Assembly (NCBI GenBank): GCA_038087875.1
Contig: CM075989.1
Coordinates: 25,298,001 to 25,362,000, forward strand
Direction: 5' to 3'
DNA: 64,000 nt
Origin: Malacoraja senta
Lineage: Eukaryota
In this document: piece by piece, positions 12,954 to 24,625 of the stretch
How positions within the stretch are numbered: position 1 is the first letter of the stretch
Layout of the letters: every line of letters begins with the position of its first letter
Translations under genes and position numbers: made by a program
Notes under the pieces: model-generated
The model's input: the letters and a program-made list of their open reading frames with translations, nothing else
Database searches by the model: none
What the model was told of the DNA's origin: nothing

Positions 12954-13325
12954 CCCAGCCCTGGCCTCTACCGCGGCCGCTTCGCTAGTCGGGCTGTGGG
13001 TACCCGAGGCCGGGGCCCCGCCGTTTAGTGGGGCCTGTTGCCGGAGGCTGGGGACCCGCGGTGCCGCCGCCACTGCCGCTCCTCCATGTCCCCGCTGCCC
13101 GTTCCTGCTGCCTCACCTCACCTCACCTCACCTCACCCGTCCCCACCCACCCACACTGCCCACACTGCCCCCACTGCCCCCACTGCCGCCCCCACCTCTC
13201 TTACACTACTTTTCCTGCTGTCGACCCGCGCCTTTAACCCGCCCGCCACGAGCCGCTCATTGGCTGCTCTATCAAGCCACGCCCCTTAAAGGCGCCTTGG
13301 GATTTATATCCCGCCGACAGACTCA
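12954..13325 (-). promoter_or_regulatory. CHSY1 CpG-island 5' UTR/promoter
   Basis: GC/CpG-rich; CCAAT box (attgg 13259-13263 on +), Sp/KLF box gccacgcccc 13276-13285, short cctca and ccactgccc repeats. Confidence 0.65.
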
Positions 13326-13419
13326 GCTGGAAGGGTTTCGGCCCGAAACGTTGCCTATTTCCTTCGCTCCATAGATGCTGCTGCACCCGCTGAGTTTCTC
13401 CAGCATTTTTGTGTACCTT

Positions 13420-15980
13420 GGTCAGGAAACATGTTCCCGATGTTGGGGGAGTCCAGAACCAGGGGCCACAGTTTAAGAATAACGAGTAAGCCATTTAGAA
13501 CGGAGAGGAGTTAAAGAAAGGTAACTTTGAGGGTATGAGACGTGAATTGGCCAAGATTGACTGGCAATTAGTTCTAAAAGGGTTGACGGTGGATATGCAA
13601 TGGAAGGCATTTAAAGACTGCATGGATGAACTACAAAAATTGTTCATCGCAGTTTGGCAAAAGAATAAATCAGGGAAGGTAGTGCATCCGTGGATAACAA
13701 GGGAAATCAGGGATAGTATCAAAGCAAAAGATGATGCGTACAAATTAGCCAGAAAAAGCAGCATACCAGAGGACTGGGGGAAATTCAGAGACCAGCTGAG
13801 GAGGACAAAGGGCTTAATTAGGAAAGGGAAAATAAATTATGAAAGAAAACTGGCAGGGAACATAAAAACTGACTGCAAAAGGTTTTATAGGTATGTGAAG
13901 AGAAAGAGATTAGTTAAAACAAATGTAGGTCCCTTGCAGTCAGAAACAGGTGAATTGATCATGGGGAACAAGGATATGGCGGACCAATTGAATAACTACT
14001 TTGGTTCCGTCTTCACTAAGGAAGACATAAATAATCTGCCGGAAATAGCAGGGGGCCGCGGGTCAAAGGAGATGGAGGAACTGAGTGAAATCCAGGTTAG
14101 TCGGGAAGTGGTGTTGGGTAAATTGAATGGATTAAAGGCCGATAAATCACCAGGGCCAGATAGGCTGCATCCCAGAGTACTTAAGGAAGTAGCTCCAGAA
14201 ATAGTGGATGCATTAGTGATAATTTTTCAAAACTCTTTAGATTCTGGAGTAGTTCCTGAGGATTGGAGGGTAGCAAACGTAACCCCACTTTTTAAGAAGG
14301 GAGGGAGATTGAAAACAGGGAATTACAGACCAGTTAGTCTAACATCAGTAGTGGGGAAACTGCTAGAGTCAGTTATTAAAGATGGGATAGCAGCACATTT
14401 GGAAAGTGGTGAAATCATTGGACAAAGTCAGCATGGATTTACGAAAGGTATATCGTGTCTGCCGAATCTTATAGAATTTTTCGAGGATGTAACTAGTAGA
14501 GTGGATAGGGGAGAACCAGTGGATGTGTTGTATCTGGACTTTCAGAAGGCTTTCGACAAGGTACCACATAAGAGATTAGTATACAAACTTAAAGCACACG
14601 GTATTGGGGGTTCAGTATTGATGTGGATAGAGAACTGGCTGGCAAACAGGAAGCAAAGAGTAGGAGTAAACGGGTCCTTTTCACAATGGCAGGCAGTGAC
14701 TAGTGGGGTACCGCAAGGCTCAGTGCTGGGACCTCAGCTATTTACAATTTATATTAATGAGCTGGATGAGGGAATTGAAGGCAACATCTCCAAGTTTGCA
14801 GATGACACTAAGCTGGGGGGCAGTGTTAGCTGTGAGGAGGATGCTAGGAGACTGCAAGGTGACTTGGATAGGCTGGGTGAGTGGGCAAATGTTTGGCAGA
14901 TGCAGTATAATGTGGATAAATGTGAGGTTATCCACTTTGGTGGCAAAAACAGGAAAGCAGACTATTATCTAAATGGTGGCCGATTAGGAAATGGGGAGAT
15001 GCAGCGAGACCTGGGTGTCATGGTACACCAGTTATTGAAAGTAGGCATGCAGGTGCAGCAGGCAGTGAAGAAAGCGAATGGTATGTTAGCTTTCATAGCA
15101 AAAGGATTTGAGTATAGGAGCAGGGAGGTTCTACTGCAGTTGTACAGGGTCTTGGTGAGACCACACCTGGAGTATTGCGTACAGTTTTGGTCTCCAAATC
15201 TGAGGAAGGACATTATAGCCATAGAGGGAGTGCAGAGAAGGTTCACCAGACTGATTCCTGGGATGTCAGGACTTTCATAGGAAGAAAGACTGGATAGACT
15301 TGGCTTATACTCGCTAGAATTTAGGAGATTGAGAGGGGATCTTATAGAAACGTACAAAATTCTTATGGGGTTGGACAGGCTAGATGCAGGAAGATTGTTC
15401 CCGATGTTGGGGAAGTCCAGGACAAGGGGTCACAGCTTAAGGATAAGGGGGAAATCCTTAAAGACCGAGATGAGGAAAAACTTTTTCACACAGAGAGTGG
15501 TGAATCTCTGGAACTCTCTGCCACAGAGGGTAGTTGAGGCCAGTTCATTGGCTATATTTAAGAGCGAGTTAGATCTGGCCCTTGTGGCTAAAGGGATCAG
15601 GGGGTATGGAGTGAAGGCAGGTACGGGATACTGAGTTGGATGATCAGCCATGATCATATTGAATGGCGGTGCAGGCTCGAAGGGCCGAATGGCCTACTCC
15701 TGCACCTATTTTCTATGTATCTATGTATCCAGGAGGAAACACTTTTTCTCACAGAGAGTGGTGAGTCTGTGGAATTCTCTGCCTCAGAGGGTGGTGGAGG
15801 CAGGTTCTCTGGATGCTTTCAAGAGAGAGCTAGATAGGGCTCTTAAAAATAGCGGAGTCAGGGGATATGGGGAGAAGGCAGGAACGGGTACTGATTGGGG
15901 ATGATCAGCCATGATCACATTGAATGGCGGTGCTGGCTCGAAGGGCCGAATGGCCTACTCCTGCACCTATTGTCTATTGT
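13420..15980 (+). mobile_element. CR1 3' fragment acting as host, split by the younger CR1 insertion
   Basis: 13420-13510 continues collinearly at 15731-15980. Confidence 0.75.
13511..15730 (+). mobile_element. 5'-truncated CR1 LINE: RT ORF with one premature stop
   Basis: ORF 13535-15280 (NYRPVSLTS, YLDFQKAFDKV, GVPQGSVLGP, KFADDTKL); TAG at 15278-15280, same frame continues to 15634; (ctatgtat) tail; aggag duplicated at 13506-13510 and 15731-15735. Confidence 0.96.
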
Positions 15981-16267
15981 CAGGCAGCATCTGTGGAGAA
16001 CATGGATAGGTGACGTTTCACAGAGTGCTGGAGTAACTCAGCGGGTCAGGCAGCATCTGTGGAGAACATGGATAAGTGACGTTTCGGGTTGAGACCCTTC
16101 TTTTTTTTGCCGACATATACCCGCATTTAAACTCCTAGCAATTCCCCCACCCTAACCAACTTGTCCACAGTCATTCACACTACTGACTATAACACCATTC
16201 TAGAGAAGGCAAGAAACGTTTTTGTTATGTATATATACTTTATTCTGAATAAAGTTTATTTTTGAAA

Positions 16268-16730
16268 ATGAAAGTTACCGTGCTGTTCCGAGACATCGAG
16301 GGCTTCTGGAAGACCATAATTTCAGTGAAGGCCACTCGTTGGTCTGCCCGAAACACGCTGGTCTTCCATGACGGTGAGAGGTCCGTAAACGCATGTTGCC
16401 AGTCTAGGCTGCAGATGTATGTGCCGAGGACACACTGCAGATGGGTGCAACAAATACACACTGTGTGCAAGCACCACAACACCATTGGACAGAGCGGAGC
16501 AGGGTCCGGAGGGGGAACTTTTCAAACAATGGAAGAGATATCATCCCTGGGAGTAATATGAGCAGCAAAGGTGTTTGCCAGCACTTTGTATTTCATTTAA
16601 AGAAAGATGTGAATATTACTGAGTGCAACACTATCGAATGTATGGACACTAAAGATGTATTGAAGAATTTTGCAGTTTTGTTTTATATATTTTGTATTCT
16701 TAATAAAGTTCATTTTTGAAATTAAAAGAA
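16268..16730 (+). mobile_element. L1/Tx1-clade LINE 3' fragment
   Basis: FWKTIISVKATRWSARNTLVFH...SRLQMYV resembles a Tx1-type ORF2 C-terminus; ends with aataaag and an A-rich tail. Confidence 0.6.
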
Positions 16731-17587
16731 CTAGCCACGCTGTTCCCTGGTACCCACTATGTCAGATATCAAATGCTACTGGAAGACAATCAAGTCGGGG
16801 AACTCAAACCTTATTCCAAAACAGCAAGATGTCCATAACTGCAGGAGGATGTGCTGAACCTTGGTTTATGTTTTATTATTATCACGTGTACCAGTGAAAA
16901 GCCTTGTTTTGCATACTATCCAATCAGATCAGATAATACTATACATAAATACAATCAAATCAAACTGGAATATACTGCATGAAGATTATGTACCATAATT
17001 TGTGACATTACAGTGACCACCTTCAGAGCATTTATTCAGCTGTGAAGAGCTTCAGGATGTCCTGTTGAAAAAAGCGCCTGCATTTACATAGTAGCAATTG
17101 GCCTCCTTTCTGAGAACCTCAAGGTGTGTGACTGCCAAAGTACTTAAAGATGGAGAAATGCAACATGGAAACAGGCCCTTTGCCCAACCAACCACCCACC
17201 CATTAACACTAATCGGGGGCCGCCAAGGAAAAGAGGGGGGGGGTAGGGGTAGATGATGAATGGACCAACTATATTTCAGGGTACTTTGTAGCATTGTCAG
17301 CACATTGTGATGAATCTTGTACTGTGTATGCAAAAAACTATTTCATTGTACCTTCACAGTATGCAACAATAAAGTGTATATCTATCTAGAACTAATTTAA
17401 TCCAATTCTCTCCAAACTACTCCATTAAGTATTTTTGAGGTACAATCAGTCTTGTAAAGTTAAATCAAAGTTATAAAAGTTTTATAACAAACGTTTGATC
17501 ATGCTCGTCGGTATTAAAACCCAATAGATTCCCCTTTGACTTTAAATCAGTGCATCTTGGCTGGAGATTTTGCCCAATAACTTGCTT

Positions 17588-18040
17588 CATAGGTTTACAA
17601 GAATGATTCCAGGAATGAATGGGTTAGCATATGATGAGCGTTTGACAGCACTGGTCCTCCACTCACTGGAGTTCAGAAGGTTGAGTGTGGACATCATTGA
17701 AACTTATAGAATGATGAAAGCCATAGATAGAGTGGATATGGAAAGGATGTTTCCACTGGTGGGAGATTCTAGGACCAGAGGTTTTTGCCTCAGAATTAAA
17801 TGGCATTCTTTTAGAAAGGTGGTGAGGAAGAACTTTGTTAGTCAGAGGGTAGTTAATTTGTGGAAGGCCTAGTCAGTGGATATTTTTAAAGCAGAGATAC
17901 ATTGAATCTTGATTAGAGCAGGTGTCAAGGGTTATGGGGAGAAGGCAGGAAAATGGAATTAGGAGGCAGAGATCAGACATGATTGAATGGCAGAGTAGAA
18001 TCAATGGGCTGAATGGCCTAATTCTACTCCTAGAACTTGT
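17588..18040 (+). mobile_element. CR1 3' fragment
   Basis: RFTRMIPGMNGLAYDERL...LEFRRL...FPLVGDSRTRG and CR1 tail. Confidence 0.85.
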
Positions 18041-19544
18041 GAAAATCCCAGGATCTCTTTTGGAAGTTAAACCTCTGCATTTAATCTAGGGATTTGAACT
18101 CCGTCAGAAAAGATGCACATGCATAGGGCAAAGTGCAACAAAGGTTGACTAGACTGATTCCTGGGATGGTGGGACTGCCCCATGAAGACAGTCAACAATG
18201 TATATATTTATTCAAGTTAATATTTGGGATCTGATTGAAAATTAGAATTTTGACATGGTTTGACTGGCTGCAAAGAGCATATTTCCCGACTTGGAAATCT
18301 GAAATAACGTTTCAGCTATCCATGTCTTCCAAAGATGCTGTCTGACCCACTGAGTTACTCCAGCACTTTGTATAGTATTCTGTACTCTGTTCACATTTGC
18401 CTCCAGTGCTCTCACAGGTAAAGAGCAACCAATTTGTCTTCTGACACCTCACATTTTGCTGCACGGTGGCCCCCAACATGACAGGCCATCGACCTGAAAT
18501 ATTAACTGTGTCTTTCTCCTGACCTGCTGGGTATTTCTAACATATTCTGGTTTTACCTTAAATATTCCTGAAGGGGATTTTGCAGCAAAGGGGTAGGTCT
18601 CATCCTCTGGAGGCAGACAACTATAAAAAGTGCAATGGCCAAGAACAAGATTTAACTCACGTGGAGGTGATCGTCGTGTGCATGCCCAAGCCAAAGCAAA
18701 ACACAAATAAGTAGGTAGGAAATTGAATAGGTTAGAATGCAACTTTCATTCAACTTTGCTTCTGGAGTTACAGAAAAACAAATGAAGGGTTAAAACATTG
18801 TGGCTCATTCAAGCTGAATATTGTCTATTTGGATTTACTTCCACCAATAAGATCTCAGATGTGACCTTAGTAACCTAATTTATGATCTCACAAATTGTTT
18901 GAAATTGGGAGGTTTGATTTGATCAGCAGTATTCACGGATCTGTGTGCTTTATTGATATTTATTTTTTACCTTGCAGGACACAGTGATATTGGTTCAACT
19001 TCACGTAATTTGTTAAAACATTTTTCTTTGTTGTGCCTTTGGCTCAGATATTATTTTTACTCTGAAGTTGGCAAACTATTTCTTCACAGAAAACCATGCA
19101 AATGTCAAGGCCTGTTTCAGTGAATAATAATCAGCTGTAGGCTCCTTGAATCATGGCTGATCTAATCTTGGCCTTAATGTCACTTTTCTTCTCGCCCCAC
19201 AGACCTCTTATAGTTAATGCCACATGACCTGAAGTAGTGTTTAAGTATATGTTAGGGATGAACTGGGAAACATGGCATAAAGGCAAAAGAAAAATCACAA
19301 TAAGAGCTGACTTTTATTGAGGACAGTACGAAAATATTTTTTTTCTCTGGTTAAAGGGTTAACGGTGAAGCAAATAAACAGTTCTGGGAAGATCTGCAGC
19401 TGGCTCATATAACACTCCATAATTTCCTCCTATTTTATGATGTTCAAGGCACAATTACAGTGGTGTAAGTCCGAGGAAAATGTGAATCTAATTTTGTCAC
19501 TGAACATTGCATCAGCCAATTTCACAATCACACTGTAATTGCAC

Positions 19545-20085
19545 AGTGATATACAGCATGGAAACAGGCTCTTCGGCTCAACTCGACTCAAGTTGCTGAA
19601 CTGAGCTAGTACCACTTGCCCAAGCCTGGCCTTCAAACGTCTCACCATGTACCTGTCCAAACGTCCTTGAACTGCTGGAACTGTACCCACCTCTTTCTCT
19701 GACGGTTCATTCCACACGCATACCATCTTTTGTTTGAAAATGTTGCTCCTCGGGTCCCATTTAAATCCCCTCTCACCTTAAATCTATGCCCCCAAAAGCA
19801 TTCAACTCCCATCCCCTGGGACAAAGGCTGTGGCTATTCACATTATCCATGTCCTTCATGGTTTTATATTCCTCTATAAGGTAATCCCTCAGCCTCCTAT
19901 GTTCCAGGGAAAGTTGACCAAGCCTCTCCTCATAACCCAGACCGGGCAACATCATCGTAAAACTTGTTTTCCATCCTTTCCAATTCAATGGCTCCATTCT
20001 ATAGCAGGACAACCAGAATTGTGCAGAGTACACCAAACGTCTTGCAGAGCTGTAACGTGATGTCCCAACTCCTGGACTCAAAACC
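19545..20085 (-). mobile_element. Decayed CR1 fragment, resuming at 25545
   Basis: LGYEERLGQL..LEHRRLRDYLIEEYK-like translation; host of the hAT-like element. Confidence 0.8.
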
Positions 20086-21216
20086 CAGGGTTGCCAACAT
20101 TGGGTGAGAGATGGGAGTGAGAAATTGCAAGAGACCATGACCGAGGGCACCCAGCGAAGAGGTTGGGGGGGAGGGGGTGAGGGTGTGGGAGGGGGGAAGG
20201 GTGTGGTACGGAGCTTTTGCATTTTTCAGCTTGAAATTGTGCAATCTGGTGGATACTGTAGCGAGTCTTTTAACTTACACTTGAATGCAATATTTATGCT
20301 TTAAATTGGATTAGCTATGAATAAGGTTAGGCTAAATTATATTCCTAATTACATTCCACAGTAGACCCAGGTTCTGATCAACAGGTGCAGCACATGAATG
20401 ATCTTAGTATATTCATGTATAGAAATCAGATTATATCAAACACTTGCCCATGTTGACCAACCAGGGTCTCACTGCACACCTGGTACTACTCCTGACCCTG
20501 ACTCCAGTTGCATACCTTCTCTCATTCCTGACCCTGAGTCCAGCCTTACACCTGTCCCCCTATTCTACCCTGATCATAGATGTTTACCTGCTTAGGTTCC
20601 CAATGCTGAACACTCCCATTGTCCCAGCTTTGACTGCACACCTAGTACTATTCCAGACCGTGACTCTGGATGCACACTTGGCCTTGCTCCTAGCCCCTCT
20701 GCACTGACAATATATCTGGCCCACACATAAAGCCCCGTATCTGACCCCCTTGACTTAATGTATTACGTTCAAGTCCACAGGTGCTTATCTAATGCGGTAA
20801 TCTTTTATGGGGCTCTTCACAGACCAAATTTTGCATAACATAATTTGCTACATCTATTGGCTTCCTTGTTATCTAACATGCTAGTTACTTTGTCAAAGAA
20901 GTCATCAATTGGTTGAACTCAATTACTCATCCATAAAATTATACTCACTCAGCTGTATAAGTATTCTGTTACCATTTCCTTCATTTTCCTAACAAACTGT
21001 CCTGAAGTTATTTTCACCCCCAATATTTTCAGTATATTGCTGTCTTCCTCTCAGCTGGGACTTTTCCAAAATGCAAAGTCCAATAACTATATATTTAAGC
21101 AATATTCTATTAAATGTGATCTTGAGAGTACATAATATTTTCTGTGGTATTCATAACACAACAATGATAAAAAGATCTTTGTTTTGATTGCACCTACCAA
21201 CATACCAACACATACA

Positions 21217-21450
21217 AGTGGTGAATCTCTGGAATTCTCTGCCACAGAAGGTAGTTGAGGCCAGTTCATTGGCTATATTTAAGAGGGAGTTAGATGTGGC
21301 CCTTGTGGCTAAAGGGATCAGGGGGTATGGAGAGAAAGCAGGTACAGGATACCGAGTTGGATGATCAGCCAAGATCATATTGAATGGCGGTGCAGGCTCG
21401 AACGGCCGAATGGCCTACTCCTGCACCTATTTTCTATGTTTCTATGTTTC
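21217..21450 (+). mobile_element. CR1 3' end fragment (young family)
   Basis: Near-identical to 15497-15720. Confidence 0.9.
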
Positions 21451-22459
21451 TAACATGCATATATTATGATATTACAGTTAATATGTACCTAGGGCAAATT
21501 TTTGTTCCAATTCTCCCCATTCCTAATTACTTTTACATTGAAGTGATTGAAATCCAAGTGAAGTTTAAATGGCATCAGAAAAATAAAGCCTCCGGAATGG
21601 ATGATATTCATTACGTGGTTGGTTGGAGTCAGTATCAGCACAATTAGTATATTAAACTTTGAATCTTCAGATGTCCTGGTTCAAGCTAAAACTAAATACA
21701 AATAATAACCATCTCAAACATTCCCCTGCAAGTATCTCTGTCACTCCTTTAAAATATGCCCCTTCTTTGAACAAGCTCTTAAACATTGCATCTCAACCAG
21801 TTTCCATCTGATTACACTCCTTGAGGATGTTCATCTACGTGTTCAATTAATAAAACAACGAGATTGGGGACATTTTTATTCAACCTGTCAAAGGAATTTG
21901 GGGGGGGGGGGGTGGTTTAGAAATAGTCAGTGAGGTAAACAAACATAATAGTTGAGTGGCAAATGGTAATAATTTAACTGAAGGAAATAATGGGTTAACG
22001 GGGCTGTATGTTGTGACAGACAGCATGACACCTTGCATGTCATTTTAATATTACACATCCCACCCCCCTGGATATTCCAGATTAATAAATTAATGTTTTG
22101 TCAATTAATTACAAATCAGGCTAATTACAAATCAATAACATTAGCCAATTCCGAAACACGAAGCGCTGAGCATTGGGATCCAGACATCATGGACAACTGG
22201 CCTCAGTTCCCCGCTCACATCAGGCAGTGCTCTCTCTCTGAACCATGGGCCATGGAGTGTTTTTGAAAGTGGGGGGGCGGAGCGATCGCTGATCACTCGC
22301 CTTCGGGGTACCCGGCGAGGGAGTGGAGCAAGCAAGTGGAGGGAGGGTGTGGGAGGGGGGTGTCCCATGGTAGGGACTTTTTGAAATTTGAATTAAAATC
22401 ATGTTTTAGTGCATTGTAGAAGTATGATTTCAATGTTTTTTGTTTGAAGTATTTTTAAG

Positions 22460-23125
22460 AGGTAACTTTTTAAGGGTGGTGGGTGTATGGAACAAGCTGC
22501 AAGAGGAGGTAGTTGAGGCAGGGACTATCCCAACATTTAAGAAACAGTTAGACTGATACATGGATAGGACAGGTTTGGAGGGATATGGACCAAAAGCAGG
22601 TAGTGTAGCTGGGACATGTTGGCAGGTGTGGGCAAGTTGCGCTGAAGGGCTTGTTTTCACACACTGTATCACTCCATGACTACATTATACCTCCACCATG
22701 CATGCATCAAAATCAAGTGGTCGAGTTTTATTGCCATATACTCAAGCATAGAAACATAGAAAATAAGTGCAGGAATAGACCAATCGGCCCTTCGATCCAG
22801 CACTGTCATTCAATATGATCATGGTTGTTTATCTAAAATTAGTACCTCTTTCCTGTTTTTTCCCCCATATCCCTTGATTTCGTGAGCTAAATGCAACTCT
22901 CTTGAAAACATCCAGTGAATTGGCTTCCACTGCCTTCTGTGGCAGAGAGTTCTACAGATTCACAACTCTCTGGGTGAAGAAAGTTTGTCCTCATCTCAGT
23001 CCTAACTGGCCTACCCTTTATTCTTAACCTGGGAATAAATGTATCTTGCAAATATACAAATAAATGTATCTTGTATCTTGATCCCTGGTTCTGAACTCCC
23101 CCAACATCGGGAACATTTTTCCTGC
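22460..23125. mobile_element. Two CR1 3' fragments tail to tail (22460-22680 +, 22747-23125 -)
   Basis: Match other CR1 tails in the window. Confidence 0.8.
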
Positions 23126-24344
23126 AGTTACAGTAAGTGAAAATCTAGCAGGCAAGCAGGATGCTTTCTGCAACCACCCCCATTTGAAGGCCACTATCTT
23201 CCACCATTTCTACCCAGTGCTTGGTACCTACTCCCAGCAGCCACTGGTTGTCCTCCAGGATGCACTGAGTGCAACCTGAAGGGCCTGTCGCACTTCGGCG
23301 ATCTTTTGGGCAACTACAAGCGACAGTGGCAACAATATTTGCTTTCGGAGGTTGTCGCGAGGTGTCGTAGGTGGATGCTAGTAAAACTAGTTCCTGACTC
23401 TCCTAAAGAGTCGCCTCAGTTGGACAGGCCCATAAGTGCGTGGGAATAGCGTAGATCAGGGGAGCCGCGACCAGCCGCGTCACTCGTTGTCCAGCCCACT
23501 CTCCAAGTCGCCGATAGACACAAAAATCCGGAGTAACATCCAATTTCTTCTCTGTGTCTGTGGACCGACTCCAAGCACCAAAGGCCCATTCATCTGCGGC
23601 GCTGCTCCATACATGATTGGCTTTGTGGAGATCAGAGCCAGATGTCACCGTGTCCCGGCACTCGGCCCCACACAGCCCTGCTAGCCGGACGGTTCAGTTT
23701 AGAGATACAACGCGGAAGCAGACCCTTCAGCCAACCGAGTCCGCACCGACCAGCGATCCCCGCACATTAACACTATCCTACACACACTAGGGACAATTTA
23801 CACTTATACCAAGCCAATTAACCAGACCTTCAGTCTGAAGATGGGTCTCGGCCCGAAACGTCACCCATTCCTTCCCTCCAGAGATGCTGCCTGACCCGCT
23901 GAGTTACTCCAGCACTTTGTGTCTATCGGTTTAAACCAGCATCGGCAGTTCCTTCGTACACGTGTACCTGTCCAAATGCCGTTTAAATGTCATTGTGGTA
24001 ATTTCAAGTGTAGAATGAAGACAAGAGTGTTTAGTTGTCGCGTGCAGCAACATCAGAACAATGACATTCTCAGTTGCTGCACCTTAACAGGCCGGTTAAA
24101 GCAACAACACACTGATACATGTAAATAGATTGATTTAGTTTACTATTGCCACCTGTAGCGAGGTACAGAGAAAAGCTTTTGTTGCGTGCTATCCGGTAAA
24201 TGCAAGCAAGCCGCTCACAATGTACAGATAAAGGAGAACGGGCGCAACATATATAATCAATAATACAATGGATTAATAATCAGTAATATTGAGTAATCAT
24301 CCCAGCATATCAAAGGAGGCCCAAGTATTAGCATTACAATTAAT

Positions 24345-24625
24345 GCCCCACAGCGCCGGAGACCCGGGTTCGATCCTGGTCTCGGGTGCTGTGTGGAGTT
24401 TGCACGTTTTTCCTGTGACCGTGTAGGTTTCCTCCGGGTGCTCCAGTTTCCTCCCACATCCCAAAGACGTGCGGGTTTGTAGGTTAATTGGCCCTCTGTA
24501 AATTGCCCCCTAATGTGTAGGGAGTGGATGAGTAAGTGGGATAACAGAACCAGTGTGAACGGGTGATCGATGGTCGGCACGGACTTGAGGGGCCGAAGGG
24601 CCTGTTTCCACACTGTATCTTTGAA
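24345..24625 (+). mobile_element. tRNA-derived V-SINE (HE1-like)
   Basis: B-box ggttcgatcc, V-domain ggagtttgcacg...tttcctccgggtgctccagtttcctcccaca, CR1-like tail. Related minus-strand pieces at about 23690-23825, 30740-30855 and 56970-57035. Confidence 0.85.

Noticed and set aside
12954..13073. 40-aa N-terminal extension of CHSY1 in the ORF track
   Set aside because: Starts at GTG; family similarity begins at the ATG at 12953
12080..13374. Several long overlapping ORFs around CHSY1 exon 1
   Set aside because: Shadow frames of a GC-rich exon and CpG island
18700..19540. Repeat-free block with FOX- and HOX13-like words as a possible CHSY1 enhancer
   Set aside because: Short AT-rich motifs are expected by chance; needs cross-species alignment
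24345..24400. Possible tRNA gene (B-box)
   Set aside because: Head of a V-SINE; no cloverleaf
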